Assembly (NCBI GenBank): GCA_002269645.1
Contig: NIVC01000340.1
Coordinates: 1-64,000 of the forward strand
Direction of reading: 5' to 3'
DNA length: 64,000 nt
From: Macrostomum lignano
Taxonomy: Eukaryota
A program made the position numbers and the translations under genes. How positions within the stretch are numbered: the stretch's first letter is position 1; each line of letters starts with the position of its first letter. Under the pieces are notes generated by a model. That model ran no database searches and had not been told where the DNA came from. It saw only the letters and a program-made list of their open reading frames with translations. Of the stretch, positions 29,148-42,392 are shown one piece after another.

Positions 29148-30643
29148 CACCCTAATAGATCGGAAATGGCACCCTAATAGATTGGAAATGGCACCCTAAT
29201 AGATTGGAAATGGCACCCTAATAGATCGGAAATGGCACCCTAATAGATTGGAAATGGCACCCTAATAGATTGGAAATGGCACCCTAATAGATTGGAAATG
29301 GCACCCTAATAGATTGGAAATGGCACCCTAATAGATTGGAAATGGCACCCCAATAGATCGGAAATGGCACCCTAATAGATTGGAAATGGCACCCTAATAG
29401 ATTGGAAATGGCACCCTAATAGATTGGAAATGGCACCCTAATAGATTGGAAATGGCACCCTAATAGATTGGAAATGGCACCCTAATAGATTGGAAATGGC
29501 ACCCTAATAGATTGGAAATGGCACCCTAATAGATTGGAAATGGCATCCTAATAGATTGGAAATGGCACCCTAATAGATTGGAAATGGCACCCTAATAGAT
29601 TGGAAATGGCACCCTAATAGATTGGAAATGGCACCCTAATAGATTGGAAATGGCACCCTAATAGATTGGAAATGGCACCCTAATAGATTGGAAATGGCAC
29701 CCTAATAGATTGGAAATGGCACCCTAATAGATTGGAAATGGCACCCTAATAGATTGGAAATGGCACCCTAATAGATTGGAAATGGCACCCTAATAGATTG
29801 GAAATGGCATCCTAATAGATTGGAAATGGCACCCTAATAGATTGGAAATGGCACCCTAATAGATTGGAAATGGCACCCTAATAGATTGGAAATGGCATCC
29901 TAATAGATTGGAAATGGCACCCTAATAGATTGGAAATGGCACCCTAATAGATTGGAAATGGCATCCTAATAGATTGGAAATGGCACCCTAATAGATTGGA
30001 AATGGCACCCTAATAGATTGGAAATGGCACCCTAATAGATCGGAAATGGCATCCTAATAGATTGGAAATGGCACCCTAATAGATTGGAAATGGCATCCTA
30101 ATAGATTGGAAATGGCACCCTAATAGATTGGAAATGGCACCCTAATAGATTGGAAATGGCACCCTAATAGATTGGAAATGGCACCCTAATAGATTGGAAA
30201 TGGCACCCTAATAGATCGGAAATGGCATCCTAATAGATTGGAAATGGCACCCTAATAGATTGGAAATGGCACCCTAATAGATCGGAAATGGCATCCTAAT
30301 AGATTGGAAATGGCACCCTAATAGATTGGAAATGGCATCCTAATAGATTGGAAATGGCACCCTAATAGATTGGAAATGGCACCCTAATAGATTGGAAATG
30401 GCACCCTAATAGATCGGAAATGGCATCCTAATAGATTGGAAATGGCACCCTAATAGATTGGAAATGGCACCCTAATAGATTGGAAATGGCATCCTAATAG
30501 ATTGGAAATGGCACCCTAATAGATTGGAAATGGCACCCTAATAGATTGGAAATGGCACCCTAATAGATTGGAAATGGCACCCTAATAGATTGGAAATGGC
30601 ACCCTAATAGATTGGAAATGGCACCCTAATAGATTGGAAATGG
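29148..30643. repeat. 22-bp minisatellite directly downstream of the TTC27 stop; same family as 32845-33340
   Basis: ATTGGAAATGGCACCCTAATAG, highly homogeneous. Confidence 0.97.
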
Positions 30644-30661
30644 CTCCGCCAATATTTAGTC

Positions 30662-33600
30662 TTAAACCGCCGGCTTCAACAGCGAATTGATCGACTCCAG
30701 TTGCTCTCGCAGACGCTGCATCAGCTCAGCCGGAGGCGGCGGCATGGGCGGCCCATCTTCCAGCCGGCGAGCCAGCAGGCCGGTAAGCATCAGCCTGGCC
30801 GACAGCAGACTCTGCGGGCAGTCTTCGGCAAAATCCAAATACCTCTGAGCAATATCGGCCGCCCTATTGAGCACCCTGTCTCGATTGTCGGCTGAGGACT
30901 TGAACCAATCTGACTGTTGAGTGTCGCAGCGGTGGCACTTCTGCAGCGTCTGCAGGATGCGGCCTTTTAACTCCGCGTTCAGACTGGCCTTGCCTGATGA
31001 TGATGGGGTGGATCAACCTGACTCTCACATCTCACCCACTAGCTACCTGACTCTCACCTCACTCATTCACTAGCTACCTGACTCTCACTTCACTCATTCA
31101 CTAGCTACCTGACTCTCACTTCACTCATTCACTAGCTACCTGACTCTCACCTCACATCTCATTCACTAGCTACCTGACTCTCACCTCACATCTCATTCAC
31201 TAGCTACCTGACTCTCACCTCACATCTCATTCACTAGCTACCTGACTCTCACCTCACATCTCATTCACTAGCTACTTGACTCTCACTCTATCAGCTACCT
31301 GACTCACTCTATCAGCTACCTGACTCTCACCTCACATCTCATTCACTAGCTACCTGACTCTCACCTCACATCTCATTCACTAGCTACCTGACTCTCACCT
31401 CACATCTCATTCACTAGCTACCTGACTCTCACCTCACATCTCATTCACTAGCTACCTGACTCTCACCTCACATCTCATTCACTAGCTACTTGACTCTCAC
31501 TCTATCAGCTACCTGACTTTCACTCTACTACCTGACTCTCACTCTATCAGCTACCTGACTCTCACTCTATCCGCTACCTGACTCTCACCTCTTCATATCT
31601 CATTCACTAGCTACCTGACTCTCACTCTATCAGCTACCTGACTCTCACTCTATCCGCTACCTAACTCTCTCCTCACATCTCATTCACTAGCTACCTGACT
31701 TTCACTCTATCAGCTACCTGACTCTCAGCTCACATATCATTCACTAGCTACCTGACTCTCACTCTATCAGCAACCTGACTCTCACTGTATCAGCAACCTG
31801 ACTCTCACTCTATCAGCAACCTGACTCTCACTCTATCAGCAACCTGACTCTCACTCTATCAGCAACCTGACTCTCACTCGATGAGCAACCTGACTCTCAC
31901 TCGATGAGCAACCTGACTCTCACTTTATCAGCTACCTGACTCTCACTCTATCAGCTACCTGACTCTCACTTTATCAGCTACCTGACTCTCACTCTATCAG
32001 CTACCTGACTCTCACTCTATCAGCTACCTGACTCTCACTCTATCAGCTACCTGACTCTCACTCTATCAGCTACCTGACTCTCACTCTATCAGCTACCTGA
32101 CTCTCACATGTCAAAGTAGTCTCACCCCCAGTCACTCACCTGTCTCTCCCTCTTCAGTCAGACTCAGCAGCTTAGCGTACAGCCACCAGAACTCTGCATC
32201 GCCGCTGGACTGCGCAGCCACCCGAGCAAACAGAGTCAACAGGCGCCTGCGCAGGTCTTCCCTTGCAGCGGAATCCTCAATCAGTTCCTCATCAGAAGAA
32301 GCTGCCCGAATGAGCACCCCGGCAGAGTGAGGATCCCAATATTTGGGCCGCAGTTCCAATAATCGATGATAAGCTCGCATGGCCTCATTAAACTGACCAG
32401 TATCGGCGCATACAGCCAGATAATTATCCCAGACGCGCCATTGTTCCCAATTAGATTTGAGCGCTTCGCGGAGCGCCGAACAGGCGCCAATTTTATTGCC
32501 CCGACGAACCATAGCGGTGCCCAAATTGGTCCAGGCCTCGTAGTTGTCCGGTTCCAGTTGAGCGGAGCGGCGGAATGCAAGCTCGGCTTTTTCAATTTCG
32601 CCAGCTTGCAAACAGCAGCAGCCGTAGGTGAACCAGGCCTTCGGCTGCAGGTGATTGGCGGCTAGTGCCAGCTCGAACTGGCGCATAGCTTCGGCGTATT
32701 GCCCGGCTACCATGGCAACGTAGCCTAGGGAACGAGCGGCACGAGCGCATCGACCGTTGGATAGGCGCCAGGCAGTGTGCAGGTGGTTCCAGTCTCTGAC
32801 AGTGGGAGTGGCATGGGGGTGAGTAACAATTTCTCTATGGAACCTCTGGATCGGAAATGGCACCTAATATATCGGAACTGGCACCCTGTCCCTTATAGAT
32901 CGGAAATGGCACCCTAATGAATCGGAAGACATCTAATAGAACGGAAATGGCATCTAATAAATCGAAAATGGCATCTAATAAATCGAAAATGGCATCTAAT
33001 AAATCGAAAATGGCACCCTAAAAGATCGGAATGGCACCCTAATAGATCGGAATGGCACCCTAAAAGATTGGTAATGGCACCCTAAAAGATCGGAAATGGC
33101 ACCCTAATAGATCGGAAATGGCACCCTAATAGATCGGAAATGGAACCCTAATAGATCGGAAATGGCACCCTAATCGATCGGAAATGGCACCCTAACAGAT
33201 AGGAAATGGCACCTTAATAGATCGGAAATGGCACCTAATAGATCAGAATCGGCATCCTAATATAATGGATCGGAAATGACACCTAAAAGATCGGAAATGG
33301 CACCAAATAGATTGGAAATGGCACCTAATAGATTGGGAACACTGTAATGTCAGATTCTTGACGCTGGACACTATCCTTGATCCTGCAGCGGTCATACCGT
33401 TCTCAAAAAACGTCTCTCTCACCTTGTAACCTCGGCAAGCGCGCAGTACAGCTCGGGCGTCTCAGACTCAGCCAATCGATCTCTAATAATCTTCTCCGCT
33501 AAAGCGGGCTTGTCCAATTTCTGATAGCAGGCAATAATTTGAGAATAGCTATCCCAGCGCAGATAGATATCCAAGGCTGAGCTCACGGCTCCAACGGCTG

Positions 33601-36390
33601 CCAGTGCGTCAGCTAAATCCAGCTGGAGTCGCCAGACTGGCGGCAGGCTGCAAGCAAAAAATAATCTACGCCTAAACGGGTAGAATTCCGGGTCGGGCTT
33701 TGCCAGCTGATTGGACAGCTCCTCCAGCTGGTGCAGGGCGCGCTCCAGACGGCGAGATGAAGCGCCACCGCTGCCACCGGATCCGCCTGCGGAGTTTAAG
33801 TTGACATTCATTTTATATTCCATAGTTTCTTTGGGGTTTTTAGATTTGGGATTTTTACATGAGATTTCTCCCCATTGGGGTTTTTAAAGGCGATTTCTCC
33901 CAATGGGAATTTTGGAATTGGGATATTTTTAAATGAGATTTCTCCCCATTGGGATTTTGGATTTTGATTTTTTAAATGAGATTTCTCCCCATTGGGATTT
34001 TGGAATTGGGATTTTTAAAGGCGATTTCTCCCAATGGGAATTTTGGAATTGGGATTTTTAAAGGTGATTTCTCCCAATGGGAATTTTGGAATTGGGATTT
34101 TTAAAGGCGATTTCTCCCAATAGGAATTTTGGAATTTGGATTTTTAAATGAGATTTCTCCCCTTGGGATTTTGGAATTGAGATTTTTAAATGAGATTTCT
34201 CTCAATATTAATTTGAATTGGGATTTTTAAAGGCGATTTCTTACAATGGGAATTTTGGAATTGGGATTTTTAAAGGCGATTTCTCACAATGGGAATTTTG
34301 GAATTGAAATTTTTAAATGAGATTTCTTCCCATTGGGATTTTTAAATGAGATTTCTCCCCATTGGGATTTTGGAATTAGAATCTTTAAACGCAATTTCTC
34401 CCCACTGGGATTTTGGAATTGGAATCTCTAAAGGCTTCGAGATGAATCCCGAAGGTAATGGCTCACCCAGCAGTCCCAGTTCAATGCGACTCCTTCGCAG
34501 CAAGGCCGCAGCAGTCGCAGACCAACTAGTTGGCCTAATCAACAGGGCATTAGCGTAGGCCAATAATTCCTCTTCGATAATGCCGTCAGAAGCGCGACTT
34601 CGCCTGTGACAGTCCGAAGCGGCCAACAGGCAGACCTGCTCAACTGGCGACAGATTAGAGGCGGCTAATCTAGCCAACTCGGCGTCCGAATCGGTCTCCG
34701 AGAATTTCACTGTCGGCAACAAAGTGTCATCTGTAGGGGCAACATCTCTGGGAAGCTGGGATCCAGAGGTCTCCAGCTCAGCTTGATAATCCCGCAGTCC
34801 GGCATGCCTGGCATCGATAGACAGGTACAGTTGGGCATGGCTGGTCTGCTGAAATCGAGTTCGAACTCCGGCAGCCCCGCTCAGACTGGCTGTCAATCCC
34901 AGGCGGGCCTGACACTCGGTCACAATTCGAATAGCATGACGAGATTCGAAATAGGCTAAGCAGAGTTGCGCTAGCAGGAGCTGATGCTCGAAGTAGCGTT
35001 CGAATTTGGCGACAGCTTCTGGCGAGCTGGTCAAATCGTCGTCTGGGTCTGCATGATGGAGCAGTAATTTTAGATTAGCGACGAGCCAAAGCTCGCATAG
35101 CAACAGAAATGAGACGCTGCATAGAAGCGGGTTAGCAACATAAGAAACCAGGTAACAACACAAAACCCGGATAGCTTATCTAGCAACAAAACGCTTAGCA
35201 ACGGATCAGCTTCCTTAGCAACGAACTGTTTAGTCATAGATCAGCAACTTAGGAACAAACTGTAACTGTAACTGAAAGCTTCCTTAGTAACTGCCTAGCA
35301 ACGAAACAAATGCATATCAACGTAAAAGCTACCTTAGTAACTGCCTAGCAACGAAACAGTTAACTTAGCAACTGTTTGGCAACGCAACAACTACCTTAGC
35401 AACTGTCTAGCAACGGAAAACTACCTTAGCAACTGTCTAGCAACATAACAGTTACTTTAACAACTGCCTAGCAACGGGCCAGCCCCCACAATAAACAACA
35501 AACGGTTTAGCTATGAGCTACCCTAGCAACAGGGAAATTTCGATGTGTGCTGAACTAAGAGCAATAAATTCGATCAAGTTGCACCACTGAAACCAACTAA
35601 CCGTCTAATTGAACACCATTCTCAACGATACTCATCAGACGCTTATGAAGAGCCGGAGCTTTATCTTCTAACATATCTTGCAGCAAGCTTATTAGCCTAG
35701 CCGAATACAAGCAATGCATTGGTTGAAATGCCGGCAGCAGCAGACTGTCGACAATAAATTGGCCAAGAGCTAAACAGTGCAAATGCTTTGACTTGACAGA
35801 TACGGGCTCGGAGCAGACTGACTGAAGGTAGGCCTGGCACTTCTTATTGACTGAACCAGGCGTGTCAGAAGCCGCCTCAGACGCGACTGGACCCAAGTAG
35901 TTGCTCTGGATGTAGCTGTCTAATAGATGGTCCAGGTAATTCTCTACACTGCCGTGCCTGCAAATAATGGAAATTTAAGGTATTTGCACTATCGATTAGC
36001 GACTTGTATGAGCAAATCTTTGAGTTCCTACAATAGCTGCTATTGCCCCCCCCCCTGATCCTTTAGTGGGTCACCGCTACCCCTCCATGATCCTTCAGTG
36101 GGTCACCGCTACCCCTCCATGACCCGTCAGTGGGTCAATGCTACCCCTCCCTGATCTTTCAGCGGGTCCCGACACCCTCCTCGATCCTTCAGCGGGTCCC
36201 GCTACTCCATTAAAAGATTAATGAAGAATGAAGAAGAATTTCCTTACTTTTCGCAAATTTCCACCCTTAACTCATCCAAGAATGTGGAATTCTCCGGACA
36301 GTCAGATCCGTCTCCATCGCTTCCCTTTGATGTTGCCGCTTCATTGAACTTGCCAATTATTTGCAGCTCAAATTCGCACAAAGCTGCCAT
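30662..36390 (-). CDS. TTC27: Tetratricopeptide repeat protein 27 (yeast Emw1 orthologue), 810 aa; exons 36390-36248, 35957-35602, 35048-34467, 33786-33423, 32795-32140, 30993-30662
   Basis: YIQSNYLGP, GVRTRFQQ..AQL, RRLERAL, TAWRLS..RCARA.RSLG, AWFTYGCC, EAWTNL, WRVWDNY and SARLML motifs. All five GT-AG junctions are phase-compatible; total 2433 nt. Confidence 0.92.
31015..32105. repeat. 23/34-bp compound minisatellite filling TTC27 intron 5
   Basis: CTCACTCTATCAGCTACCTGACT and CTCACCTCACATCTCATTCACTAGCTACCTGACT units. Confidence 0.95.
32845..33340. repeat. Degenerate 22-bp minisatellite filling TTC27 intron 4
   Basis: GGAAATGGCACCCTAATAGATC units. Confidence 0.9.
33830..34420. repeat. About 43-bp minisatellite filling TTC27 intron 3
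   Basis: GATTTCTCCCAATGGGAATTTTGGAATTGGGATTTTTAAA units. Confidence 0.9.
35170..35530. repeat. Degenerate (T)TAGCAAC-core repeat in TTC27 intron 2
   Basis: More than 10 copies of TAGCAAC at irregular spacing. Confidence 0.75.
36045..36200. repeat. About 31-bp tandem repeat in TTC27 intron 1
   Basis: GATCCTTCAGTGGGTCACCGCTACCCCTCCAT, about 5 copies. Confidence 0.85.
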
Positions 36391-36704
36391 TTATTCTTGA
36401 CTGAAATTTAGATAAGTGTTAATAAATTTTTTAATACTTACGATAAAAAGTTGACAAAAAAGGAACAATTTTCTGAAAAAAGGAAAAAAAGAAAATCAAA
36501 ATCAAAGCCTACTACTTATAGAGTAGTGCATTTTCTATGCCTATATATATTTTACTCTAGTAACAATTTAAATTACAAGCTTTAAAAACATATTTTAACA
36601 AAAATAGCCAGCAGAAGCAAAAAAGCAAGACGTGGAATTAGAGGCTACTATTAGGCTACTATGGGCGGAGTCAATACCAAGTGATCCAGTCTTCTAGGGC
36701 TAGC

Positions 36705-39700
36705 TTAAATCTCATCTAATTCGTCTAATCCCAATTCGGGATAGTCGCCAATGGCGACATCTTTCGGCTTGAAGAAGCCACCATATTTGGGCGGACACTG
36801 GAAGTAGCGCTTGCCGGCTACGCTGCCGTCGTTTTTGCCAAACGGCTCATCAAGACGGACGCCGATCCACCAGCCGGGCTTGAAGCTCGTCTGGCCGACG
36901 AATGCCACCTCGCCGCGACGGGAGGCCTGGCCGGGCACGGACACCTGCGGACGGGGAGGGGGTGACAGCGGTGCTGGGTTAAATATTGACGAGTTAAGGG
37001 GATGAAGCCAGCTGAAGGTTCAGAGGGGATTGGCGTCAGCCAGCTGAAAGTTCAGGGAGAGGATTGGAGCTAGCTGAAGGTTCAGGGAGAGAATTGGCGT
37101 CAGTTGAAGGTTCAGGGAGAGGATTGGCGTCAGTTGAAGGTTCAGGAAGGGAATTGGCGTCAGCTGAAGGTTCAGGGAGAGGATTGGCGTCAGCTGAAGG
37201 TTCTGGGGGGAATTGGCGTCAGTTGAAGGTTCAGGGAGAGGATTAGCGTCAGTTGAAGGTTCAGGGAGAGGATTTGCGTCAGCTGAAGGTTCAAGGGGAG
37301 GATTGGCGTCAGCTGAAGGTTCAGGGAGGGGATGGGTGTCAGCTGAAGGTTCAGGGAGAGGATTGGCGTCAGTTGAAGGTTCAGGAAGGGGATTGGCGTC
37401 AGCTGAAGGTTCAGGGAGAGGATTGGCGTCAGCTGAAGGTTCTGGGGGGAATTGGCGTCAGTTGAAGGTTCAGGGAGAGGATTAGCGTCAGTTGAAGGTT
37501 CAGGGAGAGGATTTGCGTCAGCTGAAGGTTCAAGGGGAGGATTGGCGTCAGCTGAAGGTTCAGGGAGGGGATGGGTGTCAGCTGAAGGTTCAGGGAGAGG
37601 ATTGGCGTCAGTTGAAGGTTCAGGAAGGGGATTGGCGTCAGCTGAAGGTTCAGGGAGAGGATTGGCGTCAGCTGAAGGTTCAGGGGGGAATTGGCGTCAG
37701 TTGAAGGTTCAGGGAGAGGATTGGCGTCAGTTGAAGGTTCAGAAAGGGGATTGGCGTCAGCTGAAGGTTCAGGGGGGAATTGGCGTCAGTTGAAGGTTCA
37801 GGGAGAGGATTGGCGTCAGCTGAAGGTTCAAGGGGAGGATTGGCGTCAGCTGAAGGTTCAGGGAGAGGATTGGCGTCAGTTGAAGGTTCAGGAAGGGAAT
37901 TGGCGTCAGTTGAAGGTTCAGGGAGAGGATTGGCGTCAGCTGAAGGTTCAAGGGGAGGATTGGCGTCAGCTGAAGGTTCAGGGAGGGGATGGGTGTCAGC
38001 TGAAGGTTCAGGGAGGGGATGGGTGTCAGCTGAAGGTTCAGGGAGGGGATGGGTGTCAGCTGAAGGTTCAGGGAGAGGATTGGCGTCAGCTGAAGGTTCT
38101 GGGGGGAATTGGCGTCAGTTGAAGGTTCAGGGAGAGGATTGGCGTCAGCTGAAGGTTCAAGGGGAGGATTGGCGTCAGCTGAAGGTTCAGGAAGGGGATT
38201 GGCGTCAGCTGAAGGTTCAGGGAGGGGATGGGTGTCAGCTGAAGGTTCAGGGAGAGGACTGGTGTCAGCCAACAAAACTTCATGGGTTTCGGGCCAATGA
38301 AGACTGGAATGTCAATTGTTAAGTTTATTTAAATTTCGAATAAGTAGGGTTTGTACAAAAGCAACAACTAACTATCATATGAAGAATGCAAATAAACAGT
38401 AGAATTGGGATCACTGTTTACCTCGCACCGACTGCCAACAGTGATAGTCGCGGCTAGAGCTTTCTCCTCCGCTTCGGCTTCGCGGTTCTTTCGCTCCGCT
38501 TCGGGATCGACTTTAGCAAATTCACCCAATTTATTGGCCTTTTTAAACTGCAGAAACGTGTCGCCCTTCTTTCTGTATTCTTCGTCGCTCATAGTGTAGA
38601 GCGGTTTACCGTCTGCCGAAGCTCCGGCAGCGGCAAAATCAAAAGCACCCTTGGAAGCCGGATCGTTGGCATGAATACGCATGCCGTCCTCGACTGGATA
38701 GGAGCCCAGCATAGCGTCATTGTTAGATAGGGTGCATACTAGTTTGTCCTCGGTGTCGTATAGTTCTAGGGTCATTGTTGAGCAGGAGCATCCCGTCACT
38801 AGTTCGAGTTTGCTCTGCGCAGTCGGGTAAGAGACTTGGTAATTAGCATAATTCTACACCGGCATAGTCTAATATAATGAATCTACTAAACTGTACACGA
38901 TATATTTTGAATCTGCAACAGTTGCCTCTAGCAGACACATAAAAGTAGAATCTTCAACTGCATCAAACTCAGTGCGTGTAATAAGCCAATAACCAGTTAG
39001 ACTGCCTCTTGCCTGCTCGTGTCTGACTGACCTTTCTTCTTACTGCTCTCTGATTGGCTGAGCTAGATTGGGCCTGCCCCACTTAGGCTGCGTTTTGTCT
39101 GTCTGACTTTGAACTCTCTCCTTACTGCTCTCTGATTGGCTGAGCTAGATTGGGCCTGCCCCACTTAGGCTGAGTTTTGTTTGTCTGACTTTGACCTCTC
39201 TCCTTACTGCTCTCTGATTGGCTGAGATTCAGACCTGCTCTCTAGACTGAAATTCATCCATCTTGCATTTACTTGTGTACATTGAGTTAAATTCTTGTTT
39301 TTTTATTCTTAACACTATGTCTAGAAACTAGATAACCCCATATGTCTAGATAACTAGATAATCCCATATCTAGTTATTTCAGCAATTTTAATATTGGTAT
39401 ACCCAACCTAATTTCCTAATTGAATAAAAGGCACCTATTAATTTAAGCTGAAAATTATAATGCAGTTTTAAATCCAATGTTAGAATGCACTAATACATGT
39501 GCAACACCTAGCCAACCTAGCTAGCTAGCAAGGAGCCCAGCCAAGGTAAGTTGCAAAAATGCCTATCTAAAAATAAACATAGTAATTACATGTCTATTAC
39601 ATACTAATTAGATGACAAAGTATTTAGCCTTAAAAAGACAATTATAGTTACTTTTTTATTTTTTTTAGTTACTTTTTGCTTTAGGGTTTCTTTCAATGGA

Positions 39701-42392
39701 AAGATAGTACATAATGTAGTGGCAACCAATACAATATAATATAATATATAATCTAGATCATACCAAGCAAAAGTCTATTTTTTTATTCTATGCTAAAGTA
39801 ACTTGAAAGAGAATTTTTTATATTAACATTAAAGATGATTACATATTGCATATATTCTTTATAATAAATTCTTTTGAAAACAAAGACTTAATAAATTATA
39901 ATGCATCTATTTCTTTTTAAGAAACTATTATCCTTTTTTACTTTCAAGCAAATTTCATACATGAAATTTTCAAAGTCAGGTGTGATTGTGAATGTGAATT
40001 TCTCCTTTATTTACTATGTATACATATATTATGAGCTCAAAAGTTTCAAGTATAAAAAATAACAAAACAAGAAACCATTAGGCCCTCTATAATTATATAT
40101 TAAGTAATAGATACTCAGTAGTATTGTCAAGTCAATTAAATGTAAAATTTATTATTGCTTTGCACATTTATGTTCACATTTTTATTTTAGTAAATCAAAT
40201 AGAAAAGTTATGCCCCCTAATTTAAATAAAAAAGTAAGCAAAAATTCACAACACTATAAATAGGTTTCAAGGAAATCACAATGGTGAAAAAAAGGTCATG
40301 AATTCACAAAACTATGATCACAATTGTGATCATATCCAACCTCTACTTTCTAGACTATGGAATATATTATACCTATAGGCCTATATTAACCACACTCCCA
40401 AGTATATTATTCTGTGGGGGTTATTCCTGCGCACAACTAGGTCTAAAGCTGGGCTGGCTGGCGCGCACCACATGCACAGTGAACCACACGCACTCTGTGC
40501 ATGGTGTGCACTATGCAATGCACACACACTGGCATGGCACATTGGATACCGCACACACCACATAGCACTTTAAAGTTAAAAAAATAATAATAACAATGAC
40601 AAGAAAATTAAAAATTAAAAAACAAAAACTAGCTTACAGAAAATGTGCTTTAAAATGGAAAGATACAAGTATTTTAAAATTTTATAGGTTTTAATGTTTA
40701 CTTTAGACAAAATATTGTTCTTTTGTGTTACAAGAAAGTATTTTATTTAATGTAGTTTAAAGTAGTTTGTTCAATTTGTTGATGGACAAAGAGTCTAGGA
40801 AACCAGATAGGAAAGTGCTAAGTGATCTAAGTAGATAAGTTTACTACTAAATTTACTAAATTTACTGCCTGTTCATTGGCTATCCACTGGTGCTAGAGCT
40901 AGAGCCTGAGTCCAAGTTGAAGGCCAACCAAGAGGCTGCTGCAGGCAACAACTCGTGAATCATCATGCTATGACATGCTGTGACTATGACACGCTGTGAA
41001 GCCTAGAAGGTATTTGTTTATATATTTATCCAAGTCACTCCCTGGTCTGTCTGCATATAACACGGACTGCAGACCCTCCCAGTCTGTCAATGTGCGACAT
41101 GGACCTACCTTCCCAGCCTCTTCCCTTCTGCGTGTAGCATGCATAGCCGGGAGATGTTCCTGCATACACAGTGCATATTCGAGACTATGGTATATTAAAA
41201 ATGGTTTATTAATATTTATATGATCAATATTAAAAAATATTTCTACAAATTGTCTTCAATCTTATATAGGGGGCCTATATAGCTTTGGCTAATTGGTTTT
41301 TACTGACATTGAATTGTTAAAATTTAAATAAAGTTGTATGGTATATAGCTAATGATGTAATGTATAATTAATTGTAAGCCATATATTAAATAAGAAAATG
41401 ATAGAATTTAGCATAATGATTTGCTTACCCCTCAGTCTCACCCTTTGGTCAGCTATCTCATTTTGTTTGTCATCAAGTGGGCAGCCATCTCACTCCCATT
41501 ATGTACATTTTAACATTGGTTTTATGCCATAGTCCAGATCATGGCCTGTACACCAAATTAATTTGGCGTATAATTTGGTGTACAGTCACCCTTTGCTAAC
41601 CCTATTGGCCTATTGGCGTACATTGGCATACAACCAAAAAATTGGGCCCTACCTATTGGTGTGAGTGGCGTATATGCTATTGCTATTGCAACTTGCAATG
41701 TAATGTACATAAACATTGGTATTTTTTAGGAATTTGCACAATAATTAAAAAATGGAATTTATGTTAGAAATAGACTCACTAACAAAATATATTCCCATCT
41801 ATTGTTCAATTGAATAATTTTAATATTCTAATAAAACCTGCTGCTAGATGCATAATACATATTTCACTTGCTTGCAGTATAACAGGGATATATATAACAT
41901 AGGTGTAACTGTATTTAAATTGTGATATTCTCTATTTTTTGTTAAATAGTTTTGAAGTAAGAAATTTGTACCTGTACTGTAGAAGTGGCATACAATTAGG
42001 GAAGGCAGAAAAAATTTGGTATACATTGGCGTATAAACTGTGGATCCATCAAGTTTTAGTTTGGCATGATCCGGACTATGGGTTTTATGTCATTGTCAAT
42101 AAAAACCAATTGGCCAAATTTATACATTCAAAAATGCACTATTCAATTAGAAATCAGGTAGGCCTATTGTTGTTGTTCAATAAAGCATATAAGGTATACT
42201 TAAAAACAATTAATATTTAGAGCCAAAAGGGTCAGTGAAATAGCAAAGAAAATTAATTACCAATAAACAACATATTTACAAATCAGCCAAATCTGCCTAC
42301 CTTGAGTTCAAATATTGTCATGCCTTTTGGAAAGCGTCTTTCACTTGTGAAATCGCTTGCACTTCCAGTAATTTTAATGGTAACAAAGTCAC
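36705..42392 (-). CDS. TBCB: Tubulin-folding cofactor B; exons 42392-42301, 38814-38422, 36944-36705; first (ATG) exon not located
   Basis: Ubl domain (SERRF..MTIFELK|[27 protein letters not shown]); GSRCE|V; CAP-Gly ([27 protein letters not shown]); junctions phase-compatible. Confidence 0.93.
37005..38270. repeat. 30-bp minisatellite filling the last TBCB intron
   Basis: TCAGCTGAAGGTTCAGGGAGAGGATTGGCG, with about 239-bp higher-order blocks. Confidence 0.95.

Noticed and set aside
29148-30643. CRISPR-like appearance of this and other 20-43-bp arrays
   Set aside because: Units are head-to-tail with no unique spacers, there are no cas genes, and the context is eukaryotic introns.
37064-38322. 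Repetitive ORFs (SAEGSGRGL)n and ([10 protein letters not shown])n
   Set aside because: Translations of the 30-bp intronic minisatellite on the strand opposite TBCB.
40968-41165. Possible transposase remnant in the TBCB intron
   Set aside because: 65 aa with no catalytic motif I can identify; insufficient support.
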